Shown here piece after piece: positions 17,528 to 28,714 of a stretch of 32,000 nucleotides of DNA; the stretch's first letter is position 1, and every line of letters begins with the position of its first letter. The stretch is from an uncultured Actinomycetes bacterium. Its GTDB lineage: Bacteria > Actinomycetota > Actinomycetes > S36-B12 > CAIYMF01. The position numbers and the translations under genes were made by a program. The stretch lies in the NCBI GenBank assembly GCA_963843975.1, contig CAWJMG010000001.1, positions 300,001-332,000 of the forward strand. Reading direction: 5' to 3'. The notes beneath the pieces are model-generated. The model was not told where the DNA came from and made no database searches. It saw nothing but the letters and a program-made list of their open reading frames with translations.

Positions 17528-18700
17528 TCAGCCCCGCCCTGCCAGGTCGCTCGCCGCGACGAGACCGCGCAGCACCTCGAGCGCGCGCTGCTCGGCCGTG
17601 GCCGCACCGAGGCGTGAGGAGACGACGACGTCGGGGTCGATGCCCACGCCGTCCAGGGACTTCCCGGACGGCGTCAGGTAGCGCCCGACGGTGATCTCGA
17701 TGGCCGAGCCGTCCGAGAGCTGGTGCGGCTCCTGCACGCTGCCCTTGCCGAAGGTGCGCGAGCCGACGATCACTGCGCGGTTGCGGTCCTGCAGCGCCGC
17801 GGCCACGACCTCGGCGGCGGACGCCGTACCGGAGTCGACGATCACGACGACCGGCACGGTGGTGTCGCCGTCGCCGACGGCGTCGAGGTGGCGCACGGGC
17901 TCGCCGCGCTTCTCGTACGAGACCACTGCTCCCCCGTCGAGGAACGCGCTCGCGACCTCGACGGCCTCGGTGAGCAGGCCGCCCGGGTTGCCGCGCAGGT
18001 CGAGCACGACGCCCGCCGGCGCTGTGCCGTCGAGGGATGCCGAGGTGATGGCCTTGCGCACCGCGGCACCGACGCCGCGCGTGAACGCCTGCACGCGCAC
18101 GACCTCGACACCGCCCTTGATGCGGCTGACGACGACGTCGTCGGACGCGAGCTCGCCGCGGGTGACGGTGAGGTCGAGGTCGTTGCCGTCACGGGCGACG
18201 ACGAGGCGCACAGCCGAGCCGGCCTCGCCACGCAGCGAGGAGGCCACGCCCTGCAACGAGTCGCCGACCGGCGACCCGGCGACGGCCTTGATCCGGTCGC
18301 CGGCGAGGAGCCCCGCCTGCTCGGCGGGAGTTCCCGGCTGGACGGTGCCGACGAGCACCTGGCCGTCGTCTGCCGAGCGCAGCCAGACGCCGATGCCGGA
18401 GTAGCGGCCGTCGAGGCCCGCCTGGAACGAGTCGAACTCCGCCGGCCGGTAGTAGGCGCTCCACCGGTCGCCGAGCGCCTTGAGCATGCCCTCGACCGCC
18501 GCGCGGTCGAGCTGGTCGCGCGACACGGGCGTGGCGGCGTCAGCCATGATCTTGGTGGCGGCCTCGTCGAGCACGCCCGCGCTGGTCGGCTCGGTCGTCG
18601 CGTTGCTGCCCACGACCCCCGTCAGGACGCCCGCGCCGTACGACGCCGCGACCACGCCGACGACAGCCGCGACGCGGCCGGTACGACGGATGAGGGACAC
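17528..18700 (-). CDS. S41 family C-terminal processing peptidase with PDZ domain, 390 aa
   Basis: N-terminal membrane anchor ([22 protein letters not shown]). PDZ block ...GIGVWL...[23 protein letters not shown].... S41 blocks ...[12 protein letters not shown]..., ...[10 protein letters not shown]..., ...TFGKGSVQ.... GTG start at 18700. Confidence 0.9.
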   Translation of the reverse strand: MSLIRRTGRVAAVVGVVAASYGAGVLTGVVGSNATTEPTSAGVLDEAATKIMADAATPVSRDQLDRAAVEGMLKALGDRWSAYYRPAEFDSFQAGLDGRYSGIGVWLRSADDGQVLVGTVQPGTPAEQAGLLAGDRIKAVAGSPVGDSLQGVASSLRGEAGSAVRLVVARDGNDLDLTVTRGELASDDVVVSRIKGGVEVVRVQAFTRGVGAAVRKAITSASLDGTAPAGVVLDLRGNPGGLLTEAVEVASAFLDGGAVVSYEKRGEPVRHLDAVGDGDTTVPVVVIVDSGTASAAEVVAAALQDRNRAVIVGSRTFGKGSVQEPHQLSDGSAIEITVGRYLTPSGKSLDGVGIDPDVVVSSRLGAATAEQRALEVLRGLVAASDLAGRG

Positions 18701-18733
18701 GAGGGTCGAGTCTAGGCGCTGGAGAGCGCGGAC

Positions 18734-20006
18734 TCAGACCTGGTTGTAGCAGGCGATGATCGCCTTGGGCCCGCCGAACCAGCCCAGCGGGTTGTAGGGC
18801 ACACCGTTGATGTGCACCTCCCAGTGCAAGTGAGCACCGGTGGAGAAGCCGGTCGAGCCGACGTAGCCGATGACCTGGCCCTGGCTCACGATCTGGCCGA
18901 GCGACACCGCGACCGACGACTGGTGCGCGTACATCGTCTCGACGCCGTCGCCGTGGTCGACGATCGTGTGCAGGCCGTAGGCGCCGGAGTTCTGGACGTA
19001 GACGACCTTGCCGGCGGCGGCGGACTGGATCGCCGTGCCGTAGCCCGCGCTGAGGTCGATGCCCGTGTGGCAGGAGCGGTAGCCGTAGACGGGGTGCACG
19101 CGCCAGCCCACCTGGCCGGAGGACGTGGCGCCCGGGATCGGCCACGCGAGGTTGCCGGTGGGCGTGCCGGTGAAGCCGCTGCCGTTCTGCGCGCGCTCGC
19201 GGGCGAGGCGGATGAGGCGCGCCTGCTCCTTCTTGAGCTCGGCGTACTGCGCCTTGACCTTGTCGCGCTGGTTGTCCGCGACGGCGACCGCGGCGGCACG
19301 GGATGCGACGAGCGCATCGACCTTGGCCTTGGCCTCGCGGGCGCGGTCGGCGATCCGACCGGCCTTGGCGAGCGCGTCCGCAGCCTCGGCGCGCTTCTTC
19401 TCGACCTTCGCCACGGCCTGCTCGGCCTGCACGCTGGCGAGCGCGAGATCGGCCTTGGCGGCCTGCAGGTTGGCGAGGGTCTTGTTCTGCGAGCGGGAGA
19501 CCGCGCGGATCGCCTCGAGCTGGTCGGCGAACTCGCCGGGCGTCTGCGCCGACAGCACGGCGGCGAGCTCGGCGTACGGGCCCTGGGAGTAGACGGCCCG
19601 GGCGAGGTCGCCGATCTGGCCGTTCATGCAGCTCGATGTTGGCCTCGGCCTCGACCACGCGCTGCTCTGCGGCGAGGGACGCGGCAGTGGCCTGCTCGAC
19701 GGCGGCCGCCGTGGCGGCCTCGTGCTGGCGGGCTCCCGAGAGCTCGGCGCGGGCCTGGGCGAGCGCGGCGCGGGCGGCCGGCAGCTGGGTGCGGGCGGCG
19801 GCGAGGTCCTTGGCGGCCTTCGCGACGGCGACGTTGGCCGAGGCCAGGTCGTCCTCGGCGTTGTTGATCTTGTCGTTGATTTTGTCCGCGAGGGCGGGCG
19901 ACGCGACGGGCGACCCGGCCATCCCGCCGAGCAGCGCGGCGCACACCACGGCCACGACGAGACCGGCGCGCGGACGCGCTGCCCTGCCTCGACCGATCAG
20001 CCGCAC
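18734..20006 (-). pseudogene. secreted coiled-coil M23 (LytM) peptidase of the EnvC/PcsB type next to ftsEX, frame broken by an apparent +1 nt insertion near 19628
   Basis: Signal peptide and coiled coil (MRLIGRGRAARPRAGLVVAVVCAALLGGMAG...EANIEL) are in the frame of ORF 18540..20006. The continuation MNGQIGDLARAVY...HTGIDLSAGYGTAIQSAAAGKV...GAHLHWEV... is in the frame of ORF 18734..19627. Removing one nt at CTG-C-ATG gives ...ANIELMNGQIG.... The span is 1273 nt (3n+1). Confidence 0.85.
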
Positions 20007-20063
20007 CGGCGTGCTCCTCGTCGTCGGGGCCGAAGTCCGGCCGACGTGCTGGGCGCCTCACGA

Positions 20064-20099
20064 GCGTGTGACTCGTGTGACTGGTGTTACTGGTGGTGC
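20064..20099 (-). promoter_or_regulatory. four tandem 9-bp units of a GTCACA-type direct repeat upstream of the M23 peptidase gene
   Basis: The minus strand reads GCACCACCA GTAACACCA GTCACACGA GTCACACGC, 58-93 nt upstream of start 20006, in sense orientation. Confidence 0.5.
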
Positions 20100-20188
20100 A
20101 TATGTCCGCTTCAGGCTAGTCCGCTCCGACGCCGTACCCAACCCCCGCTCCGCTGACCGGGCGGGATGTGGCACGGGTCACACCGGTG

Positions 20189-21097
20189 TCAGACCCGAAG
20201 GTACCGGCGGAGCGTGAAGAACGCCGTCACGCACGCAAGTCCGACACCCAGCGCGAGCAGCACCAGGGAGGCCGACAGGACGGCGTCCCAGCCGATGAAC
20301 GGCGTGATCGTGAACTGCGGCGTGAGCCGCTGGTCGATCAGGAAGATCTTGACCGCGACGAGCGACAGGCTCGCGAACAGGGCGCCGACGGCCGCACCGA
20401 TAGCGGCCTCGAGCAGGAACGGCATCTGGATGTAGAAGTCGCTCGCGCCCACCAGGCGCATGATCCCGGTCTCCCGCCGTCGGTTGAACGCCGCGACGCG
20501 CATCGCGTTGGCGATCAGCAGCACGGTCACGAGGATCATCGCGCCGGCGATGATCAGGGCGAGCTGCTGGAGGCCGCCGAGCACCTGGAAGAACTTGTCG
20601 AGCAGGCTGCGCTGGTCGATGACGTTGTCGATGCCCGGGCGGCCGTCGAAGGCGCTCGCGATGACGTCGTACTTCGTCGGGTCGGCCAGCTTCACGCGGA
20701 ACGACTCGGGCAGGGCGTCGGGGCTGGCGTTCTGCGCGATGGGGGAGTTCTTGAACTGCTCCTTGAAGCGCGCGTACGCCTCCTGGCTCGACTCGTAGTA
20801 GATCTCCTCCACGAGCGGCTTGAGGGTCTCGAGGTCGGCCTGGATCTCTTCCTTCTGCGCCTGCGTGACGGCGCCGCCGGAGCAGCTCGCGGCGTCGGAG
20901 TTCTTGGTGCACAGGAAGATCGAGACCTGCACCTTGTCGTACCAGTAGTCCTTCATGACGTCGACCTGGTCGCGCACGAGGAGTGCGCCGCCGAACAGGC
21001 CGAGCGACACCGCGAACGTGATGACGAGGGCGATCGTCATCGTGAGGTTGCGGCGCAGGCCGATGCCGACCTCGCTGAGGATGAGACGCGCGCGCAT
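20189..21097 (-). CDS. ftsX: cell division permease-like protein FtsX, 302 aa
   Basis: [37 protein letters not shown]..., then a large extracellular loop and three C-terminal TM helices. ATG at 21097. The tracked 550-aa ORF 20189..21841 is an artefactual read-through from the broken ftsE. Confidence 0.93.
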   Translation of the reverse strand: MRARLILSEVGIGLRRNLTMTIALVITFAVSLGLFGGALLVRDQVDVMKDYWYDKVQVSIFLCTKNSDAASCSGGAVTQAQKEEIQADLETLKPLVEEIYYESSQEAYARFKEQFKNSPIAQNASPDALPESFRVKLADPTKYDVIASAFDGRPGIDNVIDQRSLLDKFFQVLGGLQQLALIIAGAMILVTVLLIANAMRVAAFNRRRETGIMRLVGASDFYIQMPFLLEAAIGAAVGALFASLSLVAVKIFLIDQRLTPQFTITPFIGWDAVLSASLVLLALGVGLACVTAFFTLRRYLRV

Positions 21098-21150
21098 GTC
21101 GGGGTGCCGGTTCCTTACGTCGTGGGGCGGGAGCTGATCGGGACGTGCGG

Positions 21151-21841
21151 CTAGCGGGCGTACCCGTAGACGCCACGGCTCTGGTCGCGCACGACGTGCC
21201 CGCCCTCGAGCTCGATGACCCGCTTGCGCATCTGGTCGACGATGGCGGCGTCGTGCGTCGCCATGACGACCGTGGTGCCGGTGCGGTTGATCCGGTCGAG
21301 CAGCTTCATGATTCCGACGGACGTGCTGGGGTCGAGGTTCCCTGTGGGCTCGTCCGCGATGAGGATCATCGGCCGGTTGACGAACGCGCGGGCGACGGCG
21401 ACGCGCTGCTGCTCGCCGCCGGAGAAGCTCGTCGGGCATGCGGTCGTGCTTGCCCTCGAGGCCGACGAGGTCGAGCACCTCGGGGACGACCTTGTTGACG
21501 TGGCTGGTCGGCCGCCCGATCACCTCGAGGGCGAAGGCGACGTTCTGGAAGACGGTCTTGTTCGGCAGCAGGCGGAAGTCCTGGAACACGGTGCCGACCT
21601 GGCGGCGGAGCGCGGGGACCTTCCAGCGGGACAGGTGGCCGAGGTCCTTGCCGGCGACGTGGATGGAGCCGCTCGTGGGGCGCTCCTCCTTCAGGCACAG
21701 CTTGAGGAAGGTCGACTTGCCCGAGCCCGAGGAGCCGACGAGGAAGACGAACTCGCCCTTCTCGATCTCCACCGAGATGTCGTCGAGCGCAGGACGCGTC
21801 TGGCTCGCGTAGAGCTTCGTGACGTGGTCGAACCGGATCAC
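21151..21841 (-). pseudogene. ftsE: cell division ATP-binding protein FtsE, frame broken by an apparent +1 nt insertion near 21422-21426 (likely sequence error)
   Basis: [11 protein letters not shown]...[10 protein letters not shown] (Walker A) ...[10 protein letters not shown], then out of frame. The expected [31 protein letters not shown]...VYGYAR* is in the frame of ORF 21151..21369. The coding strand reads GAGCTTCTCCGGCGGCGAGCAG, where GAG CTT TCC GGC GGC GAG CAG is expected. The span is 691 nt (3n+1). Confidence 0.92.
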
Positions 21842-22094
21842 GGGGTGGACTCCTGTAAACGGCTGCGGCGCCTAGGGGAAGGCGGCGTTCCGGCGAGTCT
21901 ACGTTCCGTTCCGGCATGCCCCGGCCACCCGCGGCTCCGGGGCGTGGCGACGTCCGTCTCGCGAACAGGAGTCACGCCTGCACGCTGAGTACGCTCGACA
22001 TCGCGGTGGGCAACCCCTCCCGCCGGGCCTCGGCCCCGCGGTCAGCCCGCCGGCCTGCCGCACCGGACCCCCCTCGGTGCGGGACCACCAGGTA

Positions 22095-22130
22095 CGAGAG
22101 CCCCGGGATTCCCCCCTCCCGGGGCTCTCG
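22095..22130 (-). terminator. GC-rich hairpin downstream of the LAxTG protein gene
   Basis: Perfect 14-bp stem CGAGAGCCCCGGGA / TCCCGGGGCTCTCG with loop TTCCCCCC. A second 8-bp-stem hairpin lies at 22058-22082. There is no clear U-tract. Confidence 0.4.
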
Positions 22131-22216
22131 GCACGAGGGCCCCGGCCGATCACGGCAGCGCGATGCTGACGGGGGTGACGGGCGGGTGCTGGGTGCGGAG
22201 CGGGTAGCGGCGCGCG

Positions 22217-22601
22217 TCAGGCGCGGGCGGTGCGCCGGCCTGCGGCCACGAGGCCGCCGCCGAGCAGCAGGAGCACGCCGCCGGACAGGCCGTACACGAG
22301 CGTGGTCGAGCCGGTGTGCGCGAGAGTCGGGGTGCTCGCGGGCTTGGAGCCGCCGGTGCTCGGGATGTTCTCGGGGTTGCCCTGCGTGCTCGCCTTCGTG
22401 GTTGACGGCGTGGGCGTGGGGTCGGCCGGCTCCTGCTGGCAGTCGGTCGCGGGGGAGCTCGGGGGCGCAGGTGGCACCGCCGGGAGGCTCGTCCGGGATC
22501 GTGCCCGAGGCGCTGGCGGGGCCGGCGAGGAGCACGGGGCCGAGCACGACGCTGGCGGACATGGCGAGGAGTGCGGCGGTACGCCGACGCTGCGGGGTCA
22601 T
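22217..22601 (-). pseudogene. small secreted LAxTG (sortase-anchored) surface protein, frame broken between signal peptide and sorting signal
   Basis: ATG 22601 is preceded by GAGGAGG. The signal peptide MTPQRRRTAALLAMSASVVLGPVLLAGPASASG is in the frame of ORF 21972..22601. The Pro/Thr-rich stalk and sorting signal ...TPTLAHTGSTTLVYGLSGGVLLLLGGGLVAAGRRTARA* are in the frame of ORF 22217..22477. The span is 385 nt (3n+1). The switch point lies somewhere in 22440-22500. Confidence 0.7.
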
Positions 22602-22650
22602 GGCCCCTCCTCATCGCCCGGTGCGGGCCTCGGTGGTCCTCTGGCTGCTC

Positions 22651-22686
22651 TTCACTCGAGTCACACACGTCACATGCGTCACTCAG
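22651..22686 (+). promoter_or_regulatory. four tandem 9-bp units of the same GTCACA-type direct repeat upstream of the LAxTG protein gene
   Basis: The plus strand reads TTCACTCGA GTCACACAC GTCACATGC GTCACTCAG, 50-85 nt upstream of start 22601, on the opposite strand to that gene. Confidence 0.5.
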
Positions 22687-22826
22687 TAGGACGAGCGTAG
22701 CCGCAGATCGTCACTCTGGGGAGCCCCTTGTCACCCGTCCGGCCCTCGGCCGGACGGTCAGGTGACGCAGCGTGAGCAGCGGAGCCCTCGAACGGCCTCG
22801 TTCGGAGCAGCGGGAGGGGGCAGGGG

Positions 22827-23921
22827 CTACTGCGCCGTACGGCGCCAGCGGATGCCGGCCTCGATGAACTCGTCGATCTCGCCGTCGAGCACCGCCGCGG
22901 TGTTGCCCGTCTCCACCTCGGTCCGGAGGTCCTTGACCATCTGGTACGGGTGCAGGACGTAGGAGCGCATCTGGTTGCCCCACGAGCCGGACGAGTCGCC
23001 CTTGAGGGCGTCCATCCTGGCCTGCTCCTCCTGGCGCTTGCGCTCGAGCAGCTTGGCCTGGAGCACCATCATCGCGCTGGCGCGGTTCTGGATCTGGCTG
23101 CGCTCGTTCTGGCAGGAGACGACGATCCCCGTCGGCAGGTGGGTGAGGCGCACGGCCGAGTCGGTCGTGTTGACGCCCTGGCCGCCGGGGCCGCTCGAGC
23201 GGTAGACGTCGACGCGGATCTCGTCGTCCGGGATGTCGATGTGGTCGGTGGTCTCCACGACCGGCAGCACCTCGACGCCGGCGAACGACGTCTGACGGCG
23301 GCCCTGGTTGTCGAACGGCGAGATGCGCACGAGGCGGTGCGTGCCCTGCTCGACCGACATCGTGCCGTACGCGTACGGCGCCTTCACGGCGAAGGTCGCG
23401 GACTTGATGCCGGCCTCCTCGGCCCATGAGGTGTCGTAGACCTCGAACGGGTAGCCGTGGCGCTCGCAGTAGCGCGTGTACATGCGCAGGAGCATCTCTG
23501 CGAAATCGGCGGCGTCGACGCCGCCGGCCTCGGCGCGGATCGTGACGAGGGCCTCGCGCTGGTCGTACTCACCCGAGAGCAGCGTGCGCACCTCGAGCTC
23601 GCCGATCGCCTTCGTGAGCTTGTCGAGCTCGCCCTCGGCCTCGAGCCGGGTGTCGTCGTCGCCCATCTCCTCGGCGAGGTCGAACATCACGGCGAGGTCG
23701 TCGACGCGGCCGCGCAGGCTGGTGAGGCGGTTGATCTCGCCCTGGACGAACGACAGCCGCGACGTGACGGTCTGCGCCTTCGCCTGGTCGTCCCAGAGGT
23801 CGGGCGCGCTCGCCTCGGCCTCGAGCCCCTCGAGCTCGACCCGCATCGAGGGCACGTCGAGCACCTTCTCGATGCTCACGAGAGTCGCGTCGAGCTCCTT
23901 GAGCGCTTCGTTCGGATCCAC
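22827..23921 (-). CDS. prfB: peptide chain release factor 2, uninterrupted reading frame
   Basis: ...[16 protein letters not shown]... (SPF) and ...[19 protein letters not shown]... (GGQ). Start uncertain: GTG 23921 ([14 protein letters not shown]...) best matches RF2 N-termini as I recall them. Alternative GTGs lie at 23930 and 23978. Confidence 0.93.
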   Translation of the reverse strand: MDPNEALKELDATLVSIEKVLDVPSMRVELEGLEAEASAPDLWDDQAKAQTVTSRLSFVQGEINRLTSLRGRVDDLAVMFDLAEEMGDDDTRLEAEGELDKLTKAIGELEVRTLLSGEYDQREALVTIRAEAGGVDAADFAEMLLRMYTRYCERHGYPFEVYDTSWAEEAGIKSATFAVKAPYAYGTMSVEQGTHRLVRISPFDNQGRRQTSFAGVEVLPVVETTDHIDIPDDEIRVDVYRSSGPGGQGVNTTDSAVRLTHLPTGIVVSCQNERSQIQNRASAMMVLQAKLLERKRQEEQARMDALKGDSSGSWGNQMRSYVLHPYQMVKDLRTEVETGNTAAVLDGEIDEFIEAGIRWRRTAQ

Positions 23922-24096
23922 GGCAGCCACGGGGTGAAGGGTAGTCGGCGCACGGCCGTGCTCGCGCCGCGCCGTCACGCGCCGGAGTCGGTTGCTCGTA
24001 TCGCGTGAGATTCCGTGTCGTCCGGGGTCGGATGCGTGCCTGCGCCCCTACCGTCCGGAGGCACGGGGGCTGTGCGGTCCCCAGGGGAGGGTCCAC

Positions 24097-25020
24097 ATGC
24101 ACCGTCGTCCTACCCGTCGGCTAGGGGTGGCGGCCGCCGCCGCGTCCGCCGGCCTCGCGCTCGCGCTGCTGCCCGTCTCGCCCGCGTCCGCCCTCACGGC
24201 ACCCGACTGGCCCGCCTCGCGGGTGCCGCTCGGCTGCCCCATCACGACCCTGGCCGAGACCGCGGGCGGCTTCCAGCTCACCTACACGGACACCACCCCC
24301 GTGACCATCACCGGCTGGACCTTCAACGGCTCCACGCGACGCGTCGTGCTGAAGCCGGGCACCAACGCGACCACGTTCCGGATCACGGCGAGCCAGCCGT
24401 GCAGCGGCGTGGCGGGGGTCCTTCCCATCCTGCGCCAGTCGATCAACGGCGCGCCTCCAGGCACACCGTCGGGCCTCAGCATCGAGCAGATCAGCACCAA
24501 CGCCTTCGACGCCGTCTTCGGCCTCAACGGCACGGCGACGTCGTCGACGACGGGATGGCTCGAGCTCCCCTTGATCGGGACGGCCCAGCGGTACTCCTCG
24601 TTCGTCCTCGACCAGGACTTCGCCCTGGTGTCCAAGGTCGACTCCGCCACCACGACCTGGACGACCGGCACCTGGTCCCAGCAGCGCGTCTACATCGTGC
24701 TGTCCTCCGCCCAGGTCTCGTCGGCGAGCAAGACGTCCGTCGCCAAGGGCGGCAGCGTCACCTTCGGCACCACGGTGAAGGTCGCCGGGCCGTCGACGTA
24801 CCTCCCGGCCGCCGGGGTCTCGGTGAAGCTCCAGACCAAGCTCCCCGGCAAGCCCTGGGTCACCCGGGCGACGAAGACCACCACCAGCACCGGGCGGGCG
24901 AGCTACACGTTCAAGCCAGGCGCGACGCAGCAGTGGCGCTGGGTGCTGGCCGAGAACATCACCACGTCTCCGTACTGGGCATCGTCGACGTCGATCGTGA
25001 AGACGATCAAGGTCACCTGA
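24097..25020 (+). CDS. secreted hypothetical protein (beta-rich, Thr/Ser-rich), 307 aa
   Basis: ATG 24097 is preceded by GGGGAGG. The signal peptide MHRRPTRRLGVAAAAASAGLALALLPVSPASA-LT contains an RR pair and may be Tat-type. No catalytic motif recognised. Confidence 0.7.
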   Translation: MHRRPTRRLGVAAAAASAGLALALLPVSPASALTAPDWPASRVPLGCPITTLAETAGGFQLTYTDTTPVTITGWTFNGSTRRVVLKPGTNATTFRITASQPCSGVAGVLPILRQSINGAPPGTPSGLSIEQISTNAFDAVFGLNGTATSSTTGWLELPLIGTAQRYSSFVLDQDFALVSKVDSATTTWTTGTWSQQRVYIVLSSAQVSSASKTSVAKGGSVTFGTTVKVAGPSTYLPAAGVSVKLQTKLPGKPWVTRATKTTTSTGRASYTFKPGATQQWRWVLAENITTSPYWASSTSIVKTIKVT

Positions 25021-26523
<1,503 letters not shown>

Positions 26524-26550
26524 TTGCGCGCACTCGACGCACTGCGAGGG

Positions 26551-27576
26551 ATGATGAGCCACCCGGCAGAAGTTGTGGATCGAGAAAGTGCTTCGGCGGC
26601 GCTTGCACGGGCGTCGCTGTCCCCGAATGTCCAGGCGCTTGCTAACGCATTCGACCCTGCAATTGGACTGGCGGGACTGGTCCAGCATGTCGAGACAACG
26701 GTGCTGCCAAGGGCTTCGCCGCCGGACCAAGTCCAACTGAAACGCATACTCGATGCGTGGCGTCACTTGCCGTCACAGAGCCACGGGGGCCGAGAGTCCT
26801 TGTTGGGAAGGCTCCTGCGCGTATCCAACGGATGGGACATGCGTTGTGGGTCAGAGAGAGATGCGATTCCTCGCTGTTCAGACATGTTCACGGACGCCGT
26901 GACAGAATCAGTATTCGCAGTAGCGGACGAATGGCGACTCGTTGAACCATCGCATCCGCCGCTGGTGGGGTCTGCGGACGCCCTGGTAGTGCTCGGAGGC
27001 TTGGCGCAAGCCACTCGCCTTCGGGTTCGCCGAGGTGTCGATCTGATCGAATCAGGGGTTGCCCGTGAACTCATCGGGATTGCCTGCGCACGACCGTTGG
27101 GCCGCGATGAGGACCAGCTTGGTCGCGGTGCCGCGACTGAGTTCGACGTCATGCAAGAGGAACTCGAGAACTACGCGGGGATCCCAAGAGAGTCTTGGTC
27201 CCCGCGCTCGGTTGGTGCCGGGACGATGAAGGTGAGCCTGGCGGCGCCGTTCGTGTCCGTCGGCTTGGCGCCGGCCGACCCCCGGCGAAAGCGCGCCAAC
27301 ACGAACGACACCCTTCGCTGGCTCCTCGCCGCACGGGAGTTCCCGCGTGACACGCGATTGATCCTATTGACTTCGCAGCCGTACGCGACCGCCACCTCAG
27401 TCGCCGTTCGTGGCGTGCTGCCACCTTGGATGGCAGTCGACGTAGTCGGGATTCCGTCACAACTTCCGACTGACGACACCGCCCCAACTCGACCTCTCCC
27501 GCAATACTTAGTCCAGGAAATGAAGACGGTCGTCGATGCGCTCAGTTACCTTGTCGGACGTGTTGAACAAGATTGA
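26551..27576 (+). CDS. hypothetical protein with C-terminal DUF218/YdcF-like region
   Basis: ORF 26524..27576; ATG 26551 (MMSHPAEV...) is preferred over TTG 26524. ...ADALVVLGGLAQATRLRVRRGVDLIESGVARELIGI...RANTNDTLRWLL...TRLILLTSQPYATATSVAVRG... resembles the DUF218 pattern from memory (VLGG ... SxNTxEN ... VTSxxHxxR). The assignment is weak. It starts 28 nt after the argG stop, where GC visibly drops. Confidence 0.6.
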   Translation: MMSHPAEVVDRESASAALARASLSPNVQALANAFDPAIGLAGLVQHVETTVLPRASPPDQVQLKRILDAWRHLPSQSHGGRESLLGRLLRVSNGWDMRCGSERDAIPRCSDMFTDAVTESVFAVADEWRLVEPSHPPLVGSADALVVLGGLAQATRLRVRRGVDLIESGVARELIGIACARPLGRDEDQLGRGAATEFDVMQEELENYAGIPRESWSPRSVGAGTMKVSLAAPFVSVGLAPADPRRKRANTNDTLRWLLAAREFPRDTRLILLTSQPYATATSVAVRGVLPPWMAVDVVGIPSQLPTDDTAPTRPLPQYLVQEMKTVVDALSYLVGRVEQD

Positions 27577-27598
27577 GCCAAACAGTTCGGAGTAGGTC

Positions 27599-28714
27599 GT
27601 GACTCGTGTCAGTGACTGGTTCACCGACACCTCCACGTCCGCCACCCTCTTCATCGCGGTGGTGGCAGGCCTGTTCGCGGTGTACCAGCTTCGAGCGATG
27701 CCCGCAGAGCGTCGCCGACGCATTCTCAACGGCATGATCGAGCTTTGGAAAGTCAGCCGAGACTCGCGGGCACGACTGCTTTCCAACGGTGACCCCCTGC
27801 TCCTTCAGGGATACCTGCAGGTCAAGAGCCAAGTCACCCGAGCTGCAGCTTTCGAGTCGACGAACGAAGAGGGCGATGACCGGGCAATGCCGCGGCGTCG
27901 GGATCTCGAAGTAGAGGCTCGCTACTGGGGTGGGGCACGGAGCGGGATCTCCTATACCGCCGCGCACGAAGTGCTCGCTTCGGAGCTGAAGTTTCGCTCC
28001 CTCCTCTGGTCGGTTGAGCAGATCCAGCTGGCGGAGGACGGTGAGCCTTCCGTGGCCGACAAGACGATGGTGGCGACCGCCCGTCAGCTAGTGAACGATC
28101 TGACCGACTTCCTGGTCGACTACGAAAGTGGCGCCTACCCGAACCGGCAGCTCTTCGGCACGCTGCATCGGTCCATCGCCCCCACGGCTTGTGCGCTCAC
28201 TCCGTACGTCTGGGCTGGAAGCCTGCGGGGACGCTGGGGGCGACGGGTCCTCCGAATGAGCATCTCAGCTCAGCACTTCAATGACGTCACCGCCATTCAC
28301 AGAGTCTTCGACCTCTACTGGGATTGGCGTGTCGACGGTGGCATGCGAGCAGATGTGTTGATACATCCGGCGCAGACTCGTGACGTCTTCGGCCATGAAT
28401 TCCCCGCAGCAGACCAACCGCGGTCTCCTCTGGCGCTCGCCCTTCTTCGACTGAGGGTCCGTGCCGCCTATTGGAAGGTCGTTTCGGTTCTCAATCCAAG
28501 GCCGAGGTGGTGGTTCAACTCCTACGGTGGCTGGCGCCTCTACCGACATTCGCAATCCGAACAGAAACTGGCTGCGGCGTTGAACTTCGCCCGCGAGGAG
28601 GGCATCTCGGCGCTCGACCTCGAGTGGACCCTAAAGGACCTAGGGACTCAACTCGGCGAACGAGTCAAGACCGAACAACGGAGATACCGAGACCAGGGCG
28701 CATCCGGTGCGTGA
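27599..28714 (+). CDS. hypothetical protein with a single N-terminal TM helix, 371 aa
   Basis: GTG 27599 lies 6 nt after GGAG (27589-27592). TM segment TSATLFIAVVAGLFAVYQL, followed by a Trp/Arg-rich, mostly helical soluble part. No motif recognised. Its stop overlaps the next gene start by 8 nt. Confidence 0.65.
   Translation: MTRVSDWFTDTSTSATLFIAVVAGLFAVYQLRAMPAERRRRILNGMIELWKVSRDSRARLLSNGDPLLLQGYLQVKSQVTRAAAFESTNEEGDDRAMPRRRDLEVEARYWGGARSGISYTAAHEVLASELKFRSLLWSVEQIQLAEDGEPSVADKTMVATARQLVNDLTDFLVDYESGAYPNRQLFGTLHRSIAPTACALTPYVWAGSLRGRWGRRVLRMSISAQHFNDVTAIHRVFDLYWDWRVDGGMRADVLIHPAQTRDVFGHEFPAADQPRSPLALALLRLRVRAAYWKVVSVLNPRPRWWFNSYGGWRLYRHSQSEQKLAAALNFAREEGISALDLEWTLKDLGTQLGERVKTEQRRYRDQGASGA

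Noticed and set aside
18540-20006. 488-aa ORF as a single protein
   Set aside because: Only the first ~127 aa (signal peptide and coiled coil) are protein-like, and the rest is Arg-rich. The true continuation with the M23 motifs is in ORF 18734..19627.
20100-20188. Possible riboswitch (ydaO/c-di-AMP type) upstream of the M23 peptidase gene
   Set aside because: Only short G-rich stretches are seen, and the conserved ACGGGGA, GGGGTGAATC and related blocks as I recall them are absent. No claim is made.
20189-21841. 550-aa ORF that would be an FtsE-FtsX fusion protein
   Set aside because: After Walker A and ...MPDEL, the middle ~100 aa are Arg/Pro-rich out-of-frame sequence. The ABC signature SGGEQQ and Walker B are found only in the neighbouring frame (ORF 21151..21369). 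The apparent fusion comes from a 1-nt frame error plus an open off-frame stretch that happens to re-enter the ftsX frame.
22827-23978. Programmed +1 frameshift site expected in many prfB genes
   Set aside because: RF2 is encoded here in one uninterrupted frame. No in-frame early UGA or CUU UGA context was seen, so no recoding event is claimed.
26524-26550. TTG start at 26524 for the first gene of the accessory cluster
   Set aside because: It would begin 1 nt after the argG stop with a rare start codon. The in-frame ATG ATG at 26551 is more plausible, and neither has a clear SD, so the start remains uncertain.
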